Below are positions 63,922 through 64,000 of a DNA stretch of 64,000 nucleotides, piece after piece; the stretch's first letter is position 1; the number at the start of each line of letters is the position of its first letter. The stretch is from an uncultured Kiritimatiellota bacterium. Lineage in GTDB: Bacteria; Verrucomicrobiota; Kiritimatiellia; RFP12; DVOR01. Both the position numbers and the translations under genes were made by a program. The stretch lies in the NCBI GenBank assembly GCA_944389565.1, contig CALXMV010000002.1, positions 49,309 to 113,308 of the forward strand. The letters run 5' to 3'. The notes below the pieces were generated by a model that ran no database searches, was not told the DNA's origin, and saw only the letters and a program-made list of their open reading frames with translations.

Positions 63922-64000
63922 GGCAGGGGCTCCTCCTCTCCGGACTCCCCGGGCGCGTGACGGCCGGGCTCGGGCAGGTCGCGATGGCGGGACTCGGGAT

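Noticed and set aside
1-64000. CRISPR arrays, rRNA and tRNA genes
   Set aside because: I found no regularly spaced direct repeats with unique spacers and no cloverleaf-compatible or rRNA-like segments. The repeat-rich regions are non-periodic at CRISPR scale.

Overview
This is a 64-kb window of high-GC DNA, roughly 68-70% by eye, with several lower-GC islands. PEP-CTERM, autotransporter-associated beta-strand repeats, Tat-sulfatase plus anSME and a Rho with an RG-rich N-terminal extension suggest a Verrucomicrobiota- or Planctomycetota-like organism; that is inference only.

Nt 1-15.5 kb look phage- or conjugative-element-derived. They hold the 3' end of a collagen-repeat tail-fibre-like gene, a coiled-coil gene bracketed by a repeat element, a divergently transcribed SDH/ClpP-fold protease with a small partner ORF, and one uninterrupted 11.8-kb ORF of 3,935 aa. 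That ORF combines a ParB-like nuclease domain, an internally duplicated unknown domain, an HExxH zincin motif and a zeta-toxin-like P-loop kinase domain, which is the architecture of a 'polyvalent protein'. An out-of-frame 64-codon ORF with its own extended -10 promoter and RBS sits inside a linker of the giant gene. Arrays of the heptamer GATTCAC occur in both orientations at its domain boundaries.

Nt 15.7-40.3 kb are ordinary housekeeping genes: a LysM lipoprotein, FtsW/RodA, HAD, a PEP-CTERM protein, ABC ATPase, CPA antiporter, UbiA, rho, coaE, a beta-propeller/di-haem cytochrome c peroxidase, RidA, nifU-nifS, OmpA, LptF/G, lpxA, lpxL-like, dapL, PFK and anSME.

Two lower-GC islands follow. 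The first (40.4-45.3 kb) holds an intact GmrSD-like DUF262+DUF1524 gene, a second DUF262 gene that continues after a -1 frameshift into an unknown C-terminal part, and a BspA-type LRR protein. The second (49.1-53.2 kb) is a three-gene operon of an unknown protein, a classic AAA+ ATPase and a glycine-zipper protein. I regard it as the best candidate for an undescribed defence- or toxin-type system.

The remainder is deoA, a Tat-sulfatase, a 2,194-aa secreted LamG/beta-strand-repeat protein, a PD40/cytochrome c protein and a CorC/CBS transporter. I found no CRISPR array and no rRNA or tRNA.
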